Part shown: one piece after another, positions 52,910-62,724 of the stretch
Layout of the letters: each line of letters opens with the position of its first letter
Numbering within the stretch: the stretch's first letter is position 1
NCBI GenBank assembly: GCA_040757475.1
Contig: JBFLWW010000002.1
Span: 23,818-87,817, forward strand
Reading direction: 5' to 3'
Length of the DNA: 64,000 nt
DNA from: Nitrospirota bacterium
Lineage (GTDB): Bacteria > Nitrospirota > Thermodesulfovibrionia > Thermodesulfovibrionales > SM23-35
Notes under the pieces: generated by a model
Databases searched by the model: none
What the model was told of the DNA's origin: nothing
What the model saw: the letters and a program-made list of their open reading frames with translations, nothing else
Position numbers and translations under genes: made by a program

Positions 52910-54814
52910 TTATAGATAGGAGATCCTCTCCTTCTTGCCTTTTACCTTTTCCTGCTGTGGCACCTTTATCACTGCCCTAATCTTATTTATTTTATCAGAT
53001 ACAGCTCTGAATCCTCTATTCCACTCATATATCTCGGTGTATGAATCAAGTGCCTCCTTAAGGTTTCCGTTCCTCTCATAGGCTTCAGCAAGATTATATC
53101 TCATTGCCCAGTAAAACTCATCCTTCTTTTCCATGTTCTTAATGGCATTGTTCAGGGCGTCGATAGCAAGGGAATAAAGACCCTTTTCCATATAACAGAT
53201 GCCGAGCATACTGGATGCCCGTATAAACATGTCTGGGTCAGTCAGCGATAGCTGGAATTCCCTTATTGCATCATCTATAAGCCCTGTTTCCTTGTATGCC
53301 ATACCGAGATTGTAATGTGTCTTATCAGCGAGCCTCGGGTCCTCAGGATATATCTCAAAGGCCTCTTTAATTATATGCTCACTTTTTTCAACATCACCTA
53401 TCCTCCTGTAGAGCTCATACAGGATAAGGCATTCTGTTACCGCCATCTCTTTATCAGCTATATTCACATAAAGAGACTTAAGTTTTAAGTGGACATCAAT
53501 GTTTTCAGGGTCTTTCAGCCTGAGGTCATCAAGAATAACCCTTGCCTTTTCATAAAGACCATAGCTAAGAAATATCTCTGCCTCTTCAAGTATCTCATTA
53601 AATGTTTTTTCGCCTGTTATCGAAATACGCTCCACACCGCTCTCTTTTTCGAGTTCATTCACTCTGGCACTGAGGGAATCATCAAATCTTATCTGCAGGG
53701 CATCCTTATAACAGTTGAGGGCCTCCTTTTGCATGCCCTTTGCTACGAGCACATCACCGAGGGCAACCAGTTCGTTATATGCCTGGATGTTTTCACCGAG
53801 CTGTCTATAAAGAGACGCCAGTCTCTTGCATGTCTCCACTGGGTCTATATCTTTGAAGGATGTCAGGAGTTTTATAGCATCATCGTATTTTCCGCCAAGT
53901 ATCATTTCATCAAGCACAGGGAGATACTCTGCCCATGCCTTTTCTCTCTCACCTTCCCTGATATAGATTTCTCCGAGAAATCTCTTCACATTGATATTAG
54001 ATGGTTCTATCTCAGTGACCTTTCTGAGACATTCCTTTGCCTTATCAAACCTCCCGTCCACCATATAAATCTCAGTACACCTCAGAAGTATGTCTGCATC
54101 ATGGGGTAAAAGTGTAGCAGCATCTTCCATATGTTTAGTAGCTCGTTTGATATCACCGGCCTTCTCGTATAAATAACTGAGACCCATGAGTGCCTCTTTG
54201 TTTAAAGGATGGACATCAAGGACTTTTCTGAAATATCCCTCTGCCTTTCCTATATCACCCTTTTCATCATAAAGCCATGCAACATTAAGATATTCCTTTA
54301 CTGCCTCTGATTTCAGGCCTTCATCTATAAATATCTCCGCTACCTTTTCTTTAAGAGGTATATCGGTTGGAGAAAGGTTAAGTATTCTATTATATACGTC
54401 AAGGAGTTTTTCCTTCCTGTCCTCCGCTGACAGACCATTAACCACTGCCAAATAATACTTTATGGCATCTTTATAATACTTAATAGCATCTGTTGTGATA
54501 CCCTTTTCCACGCTGAGTTCTCCCAGTGCAAAGAGGGCATCAGCATCCGAGGGATTTATATTCAGTATCTTTTTATAAAGTGCAACAGACTTCAGGGAAA
54601 AACCCTCTTCCCTGAAGTATTTTGCAGCCCTGTGAAAAGAATCTACCGCATTCTTCCTGTCACCCCTTTTAAGATAGAGGTCGCCGACGGTATTATAGAC
54701 ATTACCATCAGGGGACTCATTTATAAGTTTTTCCCACTCTGCAATAGCCTTATCTACCTGACCCCTCGCAAGATACTTCTGGGCCTCTTTTATTATGGCT
54801 GCTTTATCTGGCAT
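52910..54814 (-). CDS. Multi-TPR repeat protein (MshN-like partner of the ExeA-like ATPase)
   Basis: About 635 aa of TPR units. It lies 6 nt upstream of the ATPase gene on the same strand. The start is probably MPDKAAII at 54814. Confidence 0.65.
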   Translation of the reverse strand: MPDKAAIIKEAQKYLARGQVDKAIAEWEKLINESPDGNVYNTVGDLYLKRGDRKNAVDSFHRAAKYFREEGFSLKSVALYKKILNINPSDADALFALGELSVEKGITTDAIKYYKDAIKYYLAVVNGLSAEDRKEKLLDVYNRILNLSPTDIPLKEKVAEIFIDEGLKSEAVKEYLNVAWLYDEKGDIGKAEGYFRKVLDVHPLNKEALMGLSYLYEKAGDIKRATKHMEDAATLLPHDADILLRCTEIYMVDGRFDKAKECLRKVTEIEPSNINVKRFLGEIYIREGEREKAWAEYLPVLDEMILGGKYDDAIKLLTSFKDIDPVETCKRLASLYRQLGENIQAYNELVALGDVLVAKGMQKEALNCYKDALQIRFDDSLSARVNELEKESGVERISITGEKTFNEILEEAEIFLSYGLYEKARVILDDLRLKDPENIDVHLKLKSLYVNIADKEMAVTECLILYELYRRIGDVEKSEHIIKEAFEIYPEDPRLADKTHYNLGMAYKETGLIDDAIREFQLSLTDPDMFIRASSMLGICYMEKGLYSLAIDALNNAIKNMEKKDEFYWAMRYNLAEAYERNGNLKEALDSYTEIYEWNRGFRAVSDKINKIRAVIKVPQQEKVKGKKERISYL

Positions 54815-54877
54815 CTGTATATTATTGAAAGGTATCACAATCAGCAACAAGTGTCAATAATCAGCTCTTAACTATTC

Positions 54878-54907
54878 TTGACTTCTAAATAATCTCTCGG
54901 ATAAGAT
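54878..54907 (+). promoter_or_regulatory. Sigma70-like promoter upstream of rpiB
   Basis: TTGACT, an 18-nt spacer, then TAAGAT. Confidence 0.4.
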
Positions 54908-54925
54908 ACTAAAATTGAGGTTAAA

Positions 54926-55384
54926 ATGACGATTGCGATTGGTTGTGACCACGCAGGGATTGAACTTAAAAATGAAGTTATCTCCCTCCTCGGTAGTCTT
55001 GGAGTTGAGTGTATTGATTATGGCACAAATGTCTCTGAATCAGTAGATTATCCTGATTTTGGTGAAAAGGTTTCTGAGGCAGTCTCTTCGGGGAAAATAG
55101 ATAGAGGGATACTCATCTGCGGCACAGGGATAGGCATGTCTATAGTCGCCAATAAATTTCCCCGTATAAGGGCATCCCTGTGCAATGACCTTTTCACTGC
55201 AAAAATGAGCAGATTGCACAATGATGCCAATATCCTCGTCCTCGGTGGAAGGATAGTAGGAAAAGACCTTGCAAAAGAGATTGTAAGGATATGGATCAGC
55301 ACTCCCTTTGAAGGGGAAAGACATTGCATAAGGCTTAAAAAGATATTACAGATAGAGGAACGTTTAACTAAACATGGATCTTGA
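54926..55384 (+). CDS. rpiB: Ribose-5-phosphate isomerase B
   Basis: Contains [13 protein letters not shown] and [17 protein letters not shown]. Confidence 0.9.
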   Translation: MTIAIGCDHAGIELKNEVISLLGSLGVECIDYGTNVSESVDYPDFGEKVSEAVSSGKIDRGILICGTGIGMSIVANKFPRIRASLCNDLFTAKMSRLHNDANILVLGGRIVGKDLAKEIVRIWISTPFEGERHCIRLKKILQIEERLTKHGS

Positions 55385-56612
55385 AAATCTCAAACGCTCC
55401 GACCCACAGGTTTTTGAGGCAATACAGAAGGAAATAGAAAGGGAAAGGGGTAAGATAGTACTCATCGCCTCTGAGAATTATGCAAGCATTTCTGTACTTG
55501 AAACACAGGGCTCGGTCTTTACAAACAAATACGCAGAGGGCTATCCCGGGAAAAGGTATTATGGAGGATGTGAATATGCTGATATTGTCGAAAACCTTGC
55601 AATAGAAAGGGCAAAGGAGCTATTCGGTGCAGAGCATGTGAATGTCCAGCCTCATTCAGGTACCCAGGCTAATATGGCAGTTTATTTTTCTGTTCTTAAA
55701 CCAGGAGACACGATATTGGGCATGGATCTGAGTCATGGTGGACACCTCTCCCACGGTGCACCTGTAAATTTCTCAGGCATATTTTACAGAACTCTCCCTT
55801 ATGGTGTTAACAGGGAAAGCGGCTACATAGACTATGATGACATAAGACGCCTTGCTCTGGAGAATAAACCAAAGATGATTCTCGTAGGTGCGAGCGCATA
55901 CTCAAGGATCCTTGATTTCAAGGCCTTCTCCGAGATAGCAAAGGAGGTTGGTGCATACCTGATGGCAGATATCGCTCATATTGCAGGCCTCATTGCAGCA
56001 GGTTTACACCCCTCTCCTGTGCCATATGCAGATTTTGTTACCACAACAACACACAAGACCTTCAGAGGGCCAAGAGGCGGCATGATAATGTGCAAAGCAG
56101 AATATGCAAAGGCAGTGGATAGAATGATATTCCCAGGGATACAGGGGGGGCCACTTGTGCATGTCATTGCCGCAAAGGCAGTTGCCCTGAAAGAGGCATT
56201 GAGCCAGGAATTTAAAGACTATCAGGCCACGGTTGTTAAGAACGCAAAAAAACTTGCAGAAGAGTTAATAAAAAAGGGCTTCAAGATTATATCCGGCGGC
56301 ACAGACACACATCTGATGCTTGTCGACCTGACCAATAAAGACATTACAGGAAAGGAAGCTGAAGAGTCTCTCGACATGGCAGGTATAACCGTAAACAAGA
56401 ATGTAATCCCGTATGATGAAAGGCCACCCACAATAACAAGTGGTATCCGACTTGGCACACCCTGCGTTACAACAAGGGGTATGGGTGAGGTAGAGATGAC
56501 AGAAATAGCAGAGATACTCTCGTTAGTAATACAAAATAAAGATAATACCGAGACAATTAGGGCTCTCTTAGAAAGGGTAAAAATTCTTTGTGATAAGTTC
56601 CCTATATACTAA
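55374..56612 (+). CDS. glyA: Serine hydroxymethyltransferase
   Basis: Contains [16 protein letters not shown] and [13 protein letters not shown]. Confidence 0.95.
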   Translation: MDLENLKRSDPQVFEAIQKEIERERGKIVLIASENYASISVLETQGSVFTNKYAEGYPGKRYYGGCEYADIVENLAIERAKELFGAEHVNVQPHSGTQANMAVYFSVLKPGDTILGMDLSHGGHLSHGAPVNFSGIFYRTLPYGVNRESGYIDYDDIRRLALENKPKMILVGASAYSRILDFKAFSEIAKEVGAYLMADIAHIAGLIAAGLHPSPVPYADFVTTTTHKTFRGPRGGMIMCKAEYAKAVDRMIFPGIQGGPLVHVIAAKAVALKEALSQEFKDYQATVVKNAKKLAEELIKKGFKIISGGTDTHLMLVDLTNKDITGKEAEESLDMAGITVNKNVIPYDERPPTITSGIRLGTPCVTTRGMGEVEMTEIAEILSLVIQNKDNTETIRALLERVKILCDKFPIY

Positions 56613-56622
56613 ATATACTAAA

Positions 56623-56709
56623 TGCAAAATTCAAAAAGCAAAATTCAAAAATCCAATTCAAGATTTAAAATTTCCTTAATTTTGCATTTTTCATTTTTAA
56701 TTTAAAATT
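56623..56709. repeat. AT-rich inverted heptamer element in the glyA-nrdR spacer
   Basis: Positions 56673-56696 are the exact reverse complement of 17604-17627 (24 nt). Confidence 0.9.
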
Positions 56710-56713
56710 TACT

Positions 56714-57169
56714 ATGAAGTGTCCTTTCTGTGGAAATATAGAAGATAAGGTCATTGACTCGAGGACGAGTAAAGAGGGCGATGCAATACGCCGTAGGCGT
56801 GAGTGTCTGAAATGCAGGAAGCGATTTACATCTTACGAACGCGTAGACGATGTTATGCCGATGGTAGTCAAAAAGGATGGAAGACGTGAACCATTTGATA
56901 CAACTAAAATTCTGAATGGCCTGAAAAAGGCGTGTGAGAAAAGGCCGATAGGTGTCGGTACACTTGAAGGTATCGTGGACTCAATCGAGAAAAAGCTAAT
57001 CGGTCTCGGTGTGAAGGAGATTCCAAGCACATGGATTGGTGAAGAGGTGATGTCTGCACTTAGAGAACTTGATAAGGTTGCGTATGTGCGGTTTGCATCT
57101 GTTTATAGACAGTTCAAGGATATAAATGAACTGATGAATGAAGTAAAGACCCTGTTTGAGCATAAATAG
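56714..57169 (+). CDS. nrdR: Transcriptional repressor NrdR
   Basis: Starts MKCPFCGNIEDKVIDSR, with a CxxC...CxxC zinc ribbon and an ATP-cone. Confidence 0.9.
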   Translation: MKCPFCGNIEDKVIDSRTSKEGDAIRRRRECLKCRKRFTSYERVDDVMPMVVKKDGRREPFDTTKILNGLKKACEKRPIGVGTLEGIVDSIEKKLIGLGVKEIPSTWIGEEVMSALRELDKVAYVRFASVYRQFKDINELMNEVKTLFEHK

Positions 57170-57175
57170 ACACTT

Positions 57176-57249
57176 TGGGGAGTCGTTCAGTGGTAGGACG
57201 GCAGACTCTGGATCTGCTTACAGGGGTTCGAATCCTCTCTCCCCAGCCA
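57176..57249 (+). tRNA. tRNA-Gln (anticodon CUG), CCA encoded
   Basis: Reads TGGGGAGTCGTTCAGTGGTAGGACGGCAGACTCTGGATCTGCTTACAGGGGTTCGAATCCTCTCTCCCCAGCCA. The cloverleaf folds by hand. Confidence 0.9.
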
Positions 57250-57252
57250 GTC

Positions 57253-57328
57253 GGTCCTATCGTCTAGAGGCCAAGGACATAGCCCTCTCAAGGCTAAAAC
57301 ACGGGTTCGAATCCCGTTGGGACCGCCA
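57253..57328 (+). tRNA. tRNA-Glu (anticodon CUC), CCA encoded
   Basis: Reads GGTCCTATCGTCTAGAGGCCAAGGACATAGCCCTCTCAAGGCTAAAACACGGGTTCGAATCCCGTTGGGACCGCCA. Confidence 0.9.
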
Positions 57329-57334
57329 GATAAA

Positions 57335-57982
57335 TCAAGGTAGATATCGCTCCAATGGATTACATATCCTGCATGGACGATAACCTTCATCTAATGCCTC
57401 ATCAATAGATTTAAAGACCGCTTTATTTCTATTGGCTATCCGTTCAGCATGGGGGCATTCTATACGATGAAATTTTTTGATCCTACCTTCACTCTCTCTT
57501 TTAGAGGCAATATATTCTTTACTCGGATTCTTTAGTGGCAGTGCCCATATTCCAAGTTTATTCTTCCTTGCCTCATTCTCATATTGAAATAAAAGGGCAT
57601 CTTTAGACCTATTTGGGCCGAAGGGACTGTATAATGCAAAGCCCCTCCTTACAAGTTCTCCGTTGATAAAGGTTTCACCAACATACACATACGCAAGCAG
57701 CCTGTTATCATGTTTTACCTGTTTATCATATTCGAGCCTTACAGTCTTCCCTTCTACAAGTCTCCGGTTAGCCTCTGTCGCCTCTTTATAGAATGCCTCT
57801 GCTCCCCTCTTAGAATATCTGGTCTCGGGTGCATCAATTCCGATATACCTGACAAGTTCTCCACTCTTGAGCTCTATAGTATCACCGTCAATAATCTTCT
57901 TGACAACTCCCTGAGATGGGTAATCCTCCCCATAAAGAACAACAGGTATCAAAAGAAATACTAATATTATCAGCCTTTTCAT
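57335..57982 (-). CDS. Secreted thermonuclease (SNase)-family nuclease with a C-terminal Ada-type Cys-rich tail
   Basis: Signal peptide, then DGDTIELKSGELVRYIGIDAPE (SNase). The C-terminus is HRIECPHAERI...YRPCRICNP. Confidence 0.7.
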   Translation of the reverse strand: MKRLIILVFLLIPVVLYGEDYPSQGVVKKIIDGDTIELKSGELVRYIGIDAPETRYSKRGAEAFYKEATEANRRLVEGKTVRLEYDKQVKHDNRLLAYVYVGETFINGELVRRGFALYSPFGPNRSKDALLFQYENEARKNKLGIWALPLKNPSKEYIASKRESEGRIKKFHRIECPHAERIANRNKAVFKSIDEALDEGYRPCRICNPLERYLP

Positions 57983-58067
57983 GATCCCTCCTTAATAAGC
58001 TATCAGATTTCTAAGAATACATCAAATTATTTTGACTGTTAAGAGATGAACAATTATAATTACACCG

Positions 58068-58667
58068 ATGAAAGACATCATAAAAGCAATCCCCAATACC
58101 TTTATACCACTCTTTGTTGCGATTGATGTGTTTGTTGTTCTACCCATCTTTATCTCCCTGACTGAGGAGATGTCAAAGTCAAAGAGACAGACAGTCATCA
58201 GAGAGTCAATACTCACAGCCCTGATTGTAAGCCTTTTATTTATAGCACTTGGAGAGGCAATATTTAAGATATTAGGGATTACCACAGATGATTTCAAGAT
58301 TGCCGGGGGGCTTGTCCTCCTCATCATTGCAATCCTCGACCTTATAAAGCATGGGGAGGAACGGAGAAAACCTATGGGTAAGATGGGTGTGGTGCCTATC
58401 GGAGTTCCTTTAATCGTAGGACCCGCAGTGCTCACAACTATCCTGGTACTCGTAGACCATTACGGTATCATTCCAACAATCATTTCCCTCATGCTGAATC
58501 TATTTATCGTCTGGGCCTCATTCATCAATGCCCAGCGGATTATAAATCTATTTGGAAAAGGTGGAATCGCTGCAATCTCAAAGGTTATGGCACTCCTCCT
58601 CGCATCAATCGCAATAATGATGATACGTATTGGCATTGAGAACATCCTTCGGCGCTATATAAGTTGA
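58068..58667 (+). CDS. marC: MarC-family (UPF0056) integral membrane protein
   Basis: 199 aa with 6 predicted TM helices. The N-terminus FIPLFVAIDVFVVLPIF is typical of the family. Confidence 0.75.
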   Translation: MKDIIKAIPNTFIPLFVAIDVFVVLPIFISLTEEMSKSKRQTVIRESILTALIVSLLFIALGEAIFKILGITTDDFKIAGGLVLLIIAILDLIKHGEERRKPMGKMGVVPIGVPLIVGPAVLTTILVLVDHYGIIPTIISLMLNLFIVWASFINAQRIINLFGKGGIAAISKVMALLLASIAIMMIRIGIENILRRYIS

Positions 58668-58700
58668 TACACTCGCTGACAAGAGATTATAGAGCTTTAG

Positions 58701-59633
58701 TTACACTGTTATCCCATCTATCCTCGTAAGCCCGGCATCTATCGCCATCCTTATTGCTTCTCTGTATTCTTTCTCGGTAATCCTTCTGTTTATAGGAGGA
58801 TTATCGAATGCCTTAAAGCATGGATGGTATTGGTCCATAATATTGATATAGGTATTCTTAGAGATCTCCTCAGCAATGAATCTAACAACACCTGCAGTAC
58901 CTGCAATCCCCTCCGGGAGCACAAGATGCCTCACGAGAAGTCCTCTCAGGGCAATCCCCCTCTCATCAAGGATAAGGTCGCCAACCTGCCTGTGCATCTC
59001 CTTTATAGCAGCCATTGCAACCTCAGGATAATCTCTGGCATCTGAGTATCTGGAAGCCATCTCAGGGTCTGAGTATTTAAAATCAGGCATGTATATATCA
59101 ACAACACCCTCAAGAAGCTCTATAGAATGAAGGGATTCATATCCACCGCAGTTATAAACAACAGGGATGTTCAGTCCCCTCTCTGAAGCAATCTGTATAG
59201 CCCTAAGTATCATCGGCATCTGATGTGTTGGTGTAACAAGGTTTATGTTGTGACATCCTCCACGCTGTAATGCAAGCATAATCTCTGCAAGTTTTTCAAA
59301 AGATATCTCACTGCCCTCTCTGAGATGGCTTATCGAGTAGTTCTGACAGAAGATACAGCCGAGGTTACAGCTACCGAAGAAGATGGTGCCAGAACCAAAC
59401 CTTCCAACGAGTGGCCTCTCCTCACCAAAATGGGGCCCCCAGCTCGATATGAATGGCTTATCTCCGGTCTCACAGAAGCCTCTCTCCCCTGAAGTCCTGT
59501 CAACACCACAACTCCTCGGACATAATGTGCAGCTTTTGAGTATCTCCTCTGCCTCCCTGACCTTACCAGAAAATACCCCGGGAGGTAGAAGGAGATAAGA
59601 TGGAGTAAATTTATCTTGTAAGCCTTTCAGCAA
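58701..59633 (-). CDS. Radical SAM protein (PflX/pyruvate formate-lyase-activase-like)
   Basis: Contains the CNLGCIFCQN CxxxCxxC motif and an upstream CTLCPRSCGVDR cluster. Confidence 0.75.
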   Translation of the reverse strand: MLKGLQDKFTPSYLLLPPGVFSGKVREAEEILKSCTLCPRSCGVDRTSGERGFCETGDKPFISSWGPHFGEERPLVGRFGSGTIFFGSCNLGCIFCQNYSISHLREGSEISFEKLAEIMLALQRGGCHNINLVTPTHQMPMILRAIQIASERGLNIPVVYNCGGYESLHSIELLEGVVDIYMPDFKYSDPEMASRYSDARDYPEVAMAAIKEMHRQVGDLILDERGIALRGLLVRHLVLPEGIAGTAGVVRFIAEEISKNTYINIMDQYHPCFKAFDNPPINRRITEKEYREAIRMAIDAGLTRIDGITV

Positions 59634-59661
59634 TTTCCTTTGGAATCACCTACCCGTCCGT

Positions 59662-59690
59662 TTGACTTAACTCAGGTTTAACATTATAGT
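59662..59690 (+). promoter_or_regulatory. Sigma70-like promoter about 170 nt upstream of lysS
   Basis: TTGACT, a 17-nt spacer, then TATAGT. Confidence 0.5.
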
Positions 59691-59753
59691 ATAATTTAAA
59701 AATTTTGGTTTTTTCGTATAAAAGTTGAAAAGTATATTTATTATAAAAGCAGT

Positions 59754-59831
59754 CTGGATTCCTGCTTCCGCAGGAATGACACTTCGAAAATTGCCCTTCC
59801 TTATGTCATTCCCGTGAAAACGGGAATCCAG
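59754..59831. repeat. Inverted pair of 28-nt 'GGAATCCAG / GTCATTCC' palindromic repeat units
   Basis: CTGGATTCCTGCTTCCGCAGGAATGACA (59754-81) and TGTCATTCCCGTGAAAACGGGAATCCAG (59804-31). This is the same family as the widespread repeat that yields spurious 'LDSRFRGND / IPAFAGMT' ORFs. Confidence 0.7.
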
Positions 59832-59862
59832 AGTTAACAAACTTTAAAAGAGGTATTTTCAG

Positions 59863-61344
59863 TTGAAAGAAATTAGAGAAATCAGTGAGCTGATAGCACA
59901 GCGAATCAAAAAACTTGAGGAATTACGGCAGTCAGGAATTGAACCATTCAGTAGCTCGTTTTATGCAGAAAACCATGCATCAGAACTCCTGAATAAATTC
60001 GAAACTACAACAAGAGAAACCCTCGAAGCCAATCCTGCTTTATGCTCCTTAGCAGGTAGGATTATTTCTATGAGGGACTTTGGCAAGGCTGCCTTTGCCC
60101 ATATCCGGGATGCTACAGGGAAGATACAGGTCTATTTCAAAAAAAATATCCTTGGCGAAAAACAGGGTATCGTTAAGAAGCTCGACATTGGTGATATAAT
60201 CGGCCTGAAAGGCAGACTATTCAGAACTAAAACTAATGAACTCACTGTTGAGGTTAATGATTTTGTTTTCCTGACAAAATCTCTGAGACCCCTTCCTGAG
60301 AAGTGGCATGGCCTTAAGGATACAGAGACGAGATACAGACAGAGGTATGTTGACCTGATCGTAAACCCTGAAGTCAGAGAGACTTTTGCAAAAAGGAGTG
60401 TGATAATTAAGGCAGTCAGAGACTTCCTCGAGTCAAAAGGTTTCATTGAGGTCGAGACACCTATGATGCAGCAAATCCCTGGAGGGGCAACTGCAAAGCC
60501 ATTTAAGACCCGCCATAGCGCCCTCGGTATAGACTTATATCTCAGGATTGCTCCAGAGCTTTATCTAAAAAGGCTCCTTGTTGGTGGCTACGAACGGGTA
60601 TACGAGCTCAACAGGAATTTCAGAAATGAGGGTATATCAACAAAACACAACCCTGAATTCTCAATGCTCGAATTTTATATAGCATACAGGGACTATCACT
60701 TCCTTATGTCATTTACCGAGGAACTAATCACCTATGTTGCAGACACAATCATCGGGACATTAAAAATACCGTATGGAGATACAATTATAGACCTTACCCC
60801 TCCCTGGCCGAGAATTCCAATGCTCAATGCATTAATGCAGAAGGGGGTGCCACCAGAGATATTTAATGATAGAGAAAAGGCAAAAGCATGGGCAGAGGAA
60901 AATAATATAGAAATAAAAGAAGGTGCACCTCTTGGAAAGGTCCTTGATGAGATTTTTAAAAAAATAGTAGAACCAGAACTCGTACAGCCAACCTTTATAA
61001 TAGACTACCCTGTTGAACTTTCACCTCTTGCTAAGAAGAAACCAGACAATCCGGCGCTTGCCGAGAGATTTGAACTCTTCATTACATCCAGGGAGATTGC
61101 TAATGCATTCTCCGAACTCAATGACCCTATGGAACAGAGACAGAGGTTCCTCGCACAGTTAGAGGCAAAGGCAGAAGGTGATGAAGAGGCAGGCTGGATG
61201 GATGAGGATTTTATCAGGGCACTCGAATATGGTATGCCTCCTGCAGCAGGGGAAGGCATCGGGATAGATAGGCTTGTGATGCTACTGACCAATTCACAAT
61301 CAATAAGGGATGTTATACTATTCCCACAGCTTAAACCAGAGTAG
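59863..61344 (+). CDS. lysS: Lysine--tRNA ligase (class II)
   Basis: OB-fold N-domain plus class II motifs (FRNEGIS, GIGIDRLVMLL). TTG start. Confidence 0.9.
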   Translation: MKEIREISELIAQRIKKLEELRQSGIEPFSSSFYAENHASELLNKFETTTRETLEANPALCSLAGRIISMRDFGKAAFAHIRDATGKIQVYFKKNILGEKQGIVKKLDIGDIIGLKGRLFRTKTNELTVEVNDFVFLTKSLRPLPEKWHGLKDTETRYRQRYVDLIVNPEVRETFAKRSVIIKAVRDFLESKGFIEVETPMMQQIPGGATAKPFKTRHSALGIDLYLRIAPELYLKRLLVGGYERVYELNRNFRNEGISTKHNPEFSMLEFYIAYRDYHFLMSFTEELITYVADTIIGTLKIPYGDTIIDLTPPWPRIPMLNALMQKGVPPEIFNDREKAKAWAEENNIEIKEGAPLGKVLDEIFKKIVEPELVQPTFIIDYPVELSPLAKKKPDNPALAERFELFITSREIANAFSELNDPMEQRQRFLAQLEAKAEGDEEAGWMDEDFIRALEYGMPPAAGEGIGIDRLVMLLTNSQSIRDVILFPQLKPE

Positions 61345-61357
61345 TAATGAAACATCA

Positions 61358-61484
61358 ATTCAAAATGCAAAATGCAAAATTAAAAATTTCAGAGCAAAAT
61401 TCAAAATTAACCACAATCTTAACTATGCATGTTCTTTTAATTTTGAATTTAAATTTTGCATTTTTAATTTTAAATTTTAAATTT
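61358..61484. repeat. Largest AT-rich inverted heptamer element (127 nt) in the lysS-lolC spacer
   Basis: The left arm is caaaatg/caaaatt units (61358-61409). The loop is 61410-61435. The right arm is aattttg/aatttta units (61436-61484). Confidence 0.85.
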
Positions 61485-61489
61485 GTTAG

Positions 61490-62719
61490 ATGAACCTCCC
61501 ATATCATTTATTCATAGCTCTCAGGTACCTTAAAGCCAAGAAAAGACATAGAGGCATTTCTGTGAACACAATTATTTCCACAGGAGGTGTTGCAGTTGGT
61601 GTCATGGCACTCCTCGTTGTCCTGTCTGTAATGAGCGGATTCCATGAAGATCTTCAGAAAAAGATACTCGGAGTAAGGGCACATGTGATCATACTCACAC
61701 ATAAAGGCATGATGTCTGGATATAAAGATGTAATCGAAAAAATAAAGGAGGAAGAGAATATCATATCATCTGCCCCATTTGTCCATGGTCAGGTGATGGC
61801 ATCATTCGGCAGAAGGGCTCATGGCGTCTTTCTGAGAGGCATAATGCCTGAAATGGAGATAAAGACAACAGAGATATTAAGATACATCAAGGAAGGCAAT
61901 CTCGAAGACCTTACGACAAAAGATGGAATCCCTGGTATTATACTCGGAAGGGAGCTCACAAATATCCTCGGTGTATTTAAAGGAGATATCATTAATATTG
62001 TATCACCTGCTGGAGAGATAGGCCCACTCGGAATGCTTCCGAAGGTCAAACAGTTCAGGGTTGCTGCAATATTTGAGGTCGGAATGTTTGAATATGATTC
62101 GAACCTCGTCCTGACAGACATTAGGCCCGCTCAGGAATTCTTCGGCATAAAGGAAGATATAACAGGCATTGAACTCAGGCTTAATGATATATATAAGGCA
62201 CCTATTGTCAGGGAGAGAATACAGAAAAAACTGGAGTTTCCTTTCTATGCAATAGACTGGATGCAGATGAATAAGAACCTGTTTTCAGCCCTGAAATTAG
62301 AGAAATTCGCCATGTTCATAATACTAATCCTCATAATCCTCGTGGCATCATTTAATATAGTAAGCACACTTATAATGAATGTGATAGAAAAAAGCAGAGA
62401 GATAGCAATCTTAAAGGCAATGGGTGCAACAAACAAAGGCATCATGGCCATCTTCATGCTTCAGGGTTTATTCATCGGGCTCTTTGGTACGATTATAGGA
62501 GTGAGCGGTGGATATTTACTGAGTTATATTTTAAACACATATCAAGTTATCAAACTGCCTCCTGATATTTACTATCTGAGCCATCTTCCTGTAAAGATGA
62601 AGCTATTTGACTTCATAACAGTATCCCTTTCTGCAATCATGATAAGTTTTCTTGCGACTATTTACCCTGCATGGCAGGCAGCAAGGATCAATCCCGTAGA
62701 GCCATTGAGATATGAGTAA
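61490..62719 (+). CDS. lolC: Lipoprotein-releasing ABC transporter permease LolC/E
   Basis: 409 aa with a MacB-like periplasmic domain and an FtsX-type C-terminal 4-TM bundle. Confidence 0.8.
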   Translation: MNLPYHLFIALRYLKAKKRHRGISVNTIISTGGVAVGVMALLVVLSVMSGFHEDLQKKILGVRAHVIILTHKGMMSGYKDVIEKIKEEENIISSAPFVHGQVMASFGRRAHGVFLRGIMPEMEIKTTEILRYIKEGNLEDLTTKDGIPGIILGRELTNILGVFKGDIINIVSPAGEIGPLGMLPKVKQFRVAAIFEVGMFEYDSNLVLTDIRPAQEFFGIKEDITGIELRLNDIYKAPIVRERIQKKLEFPFYAIDWMQMNKNLFSALKLEKFAMFIILILIILVASFNIVSTLIMNVIEKSREIAILKAMGATNKGIMAIFMLQGLFIGLFGTIIGVSGGYLLSYILNTYQVIKLPPDIYYLSHLPVKMKLFDFITVSLSAIMISFLATIYPAWQAARINPVEPLRYE

Positions 62720-62724
62720 GAAAG

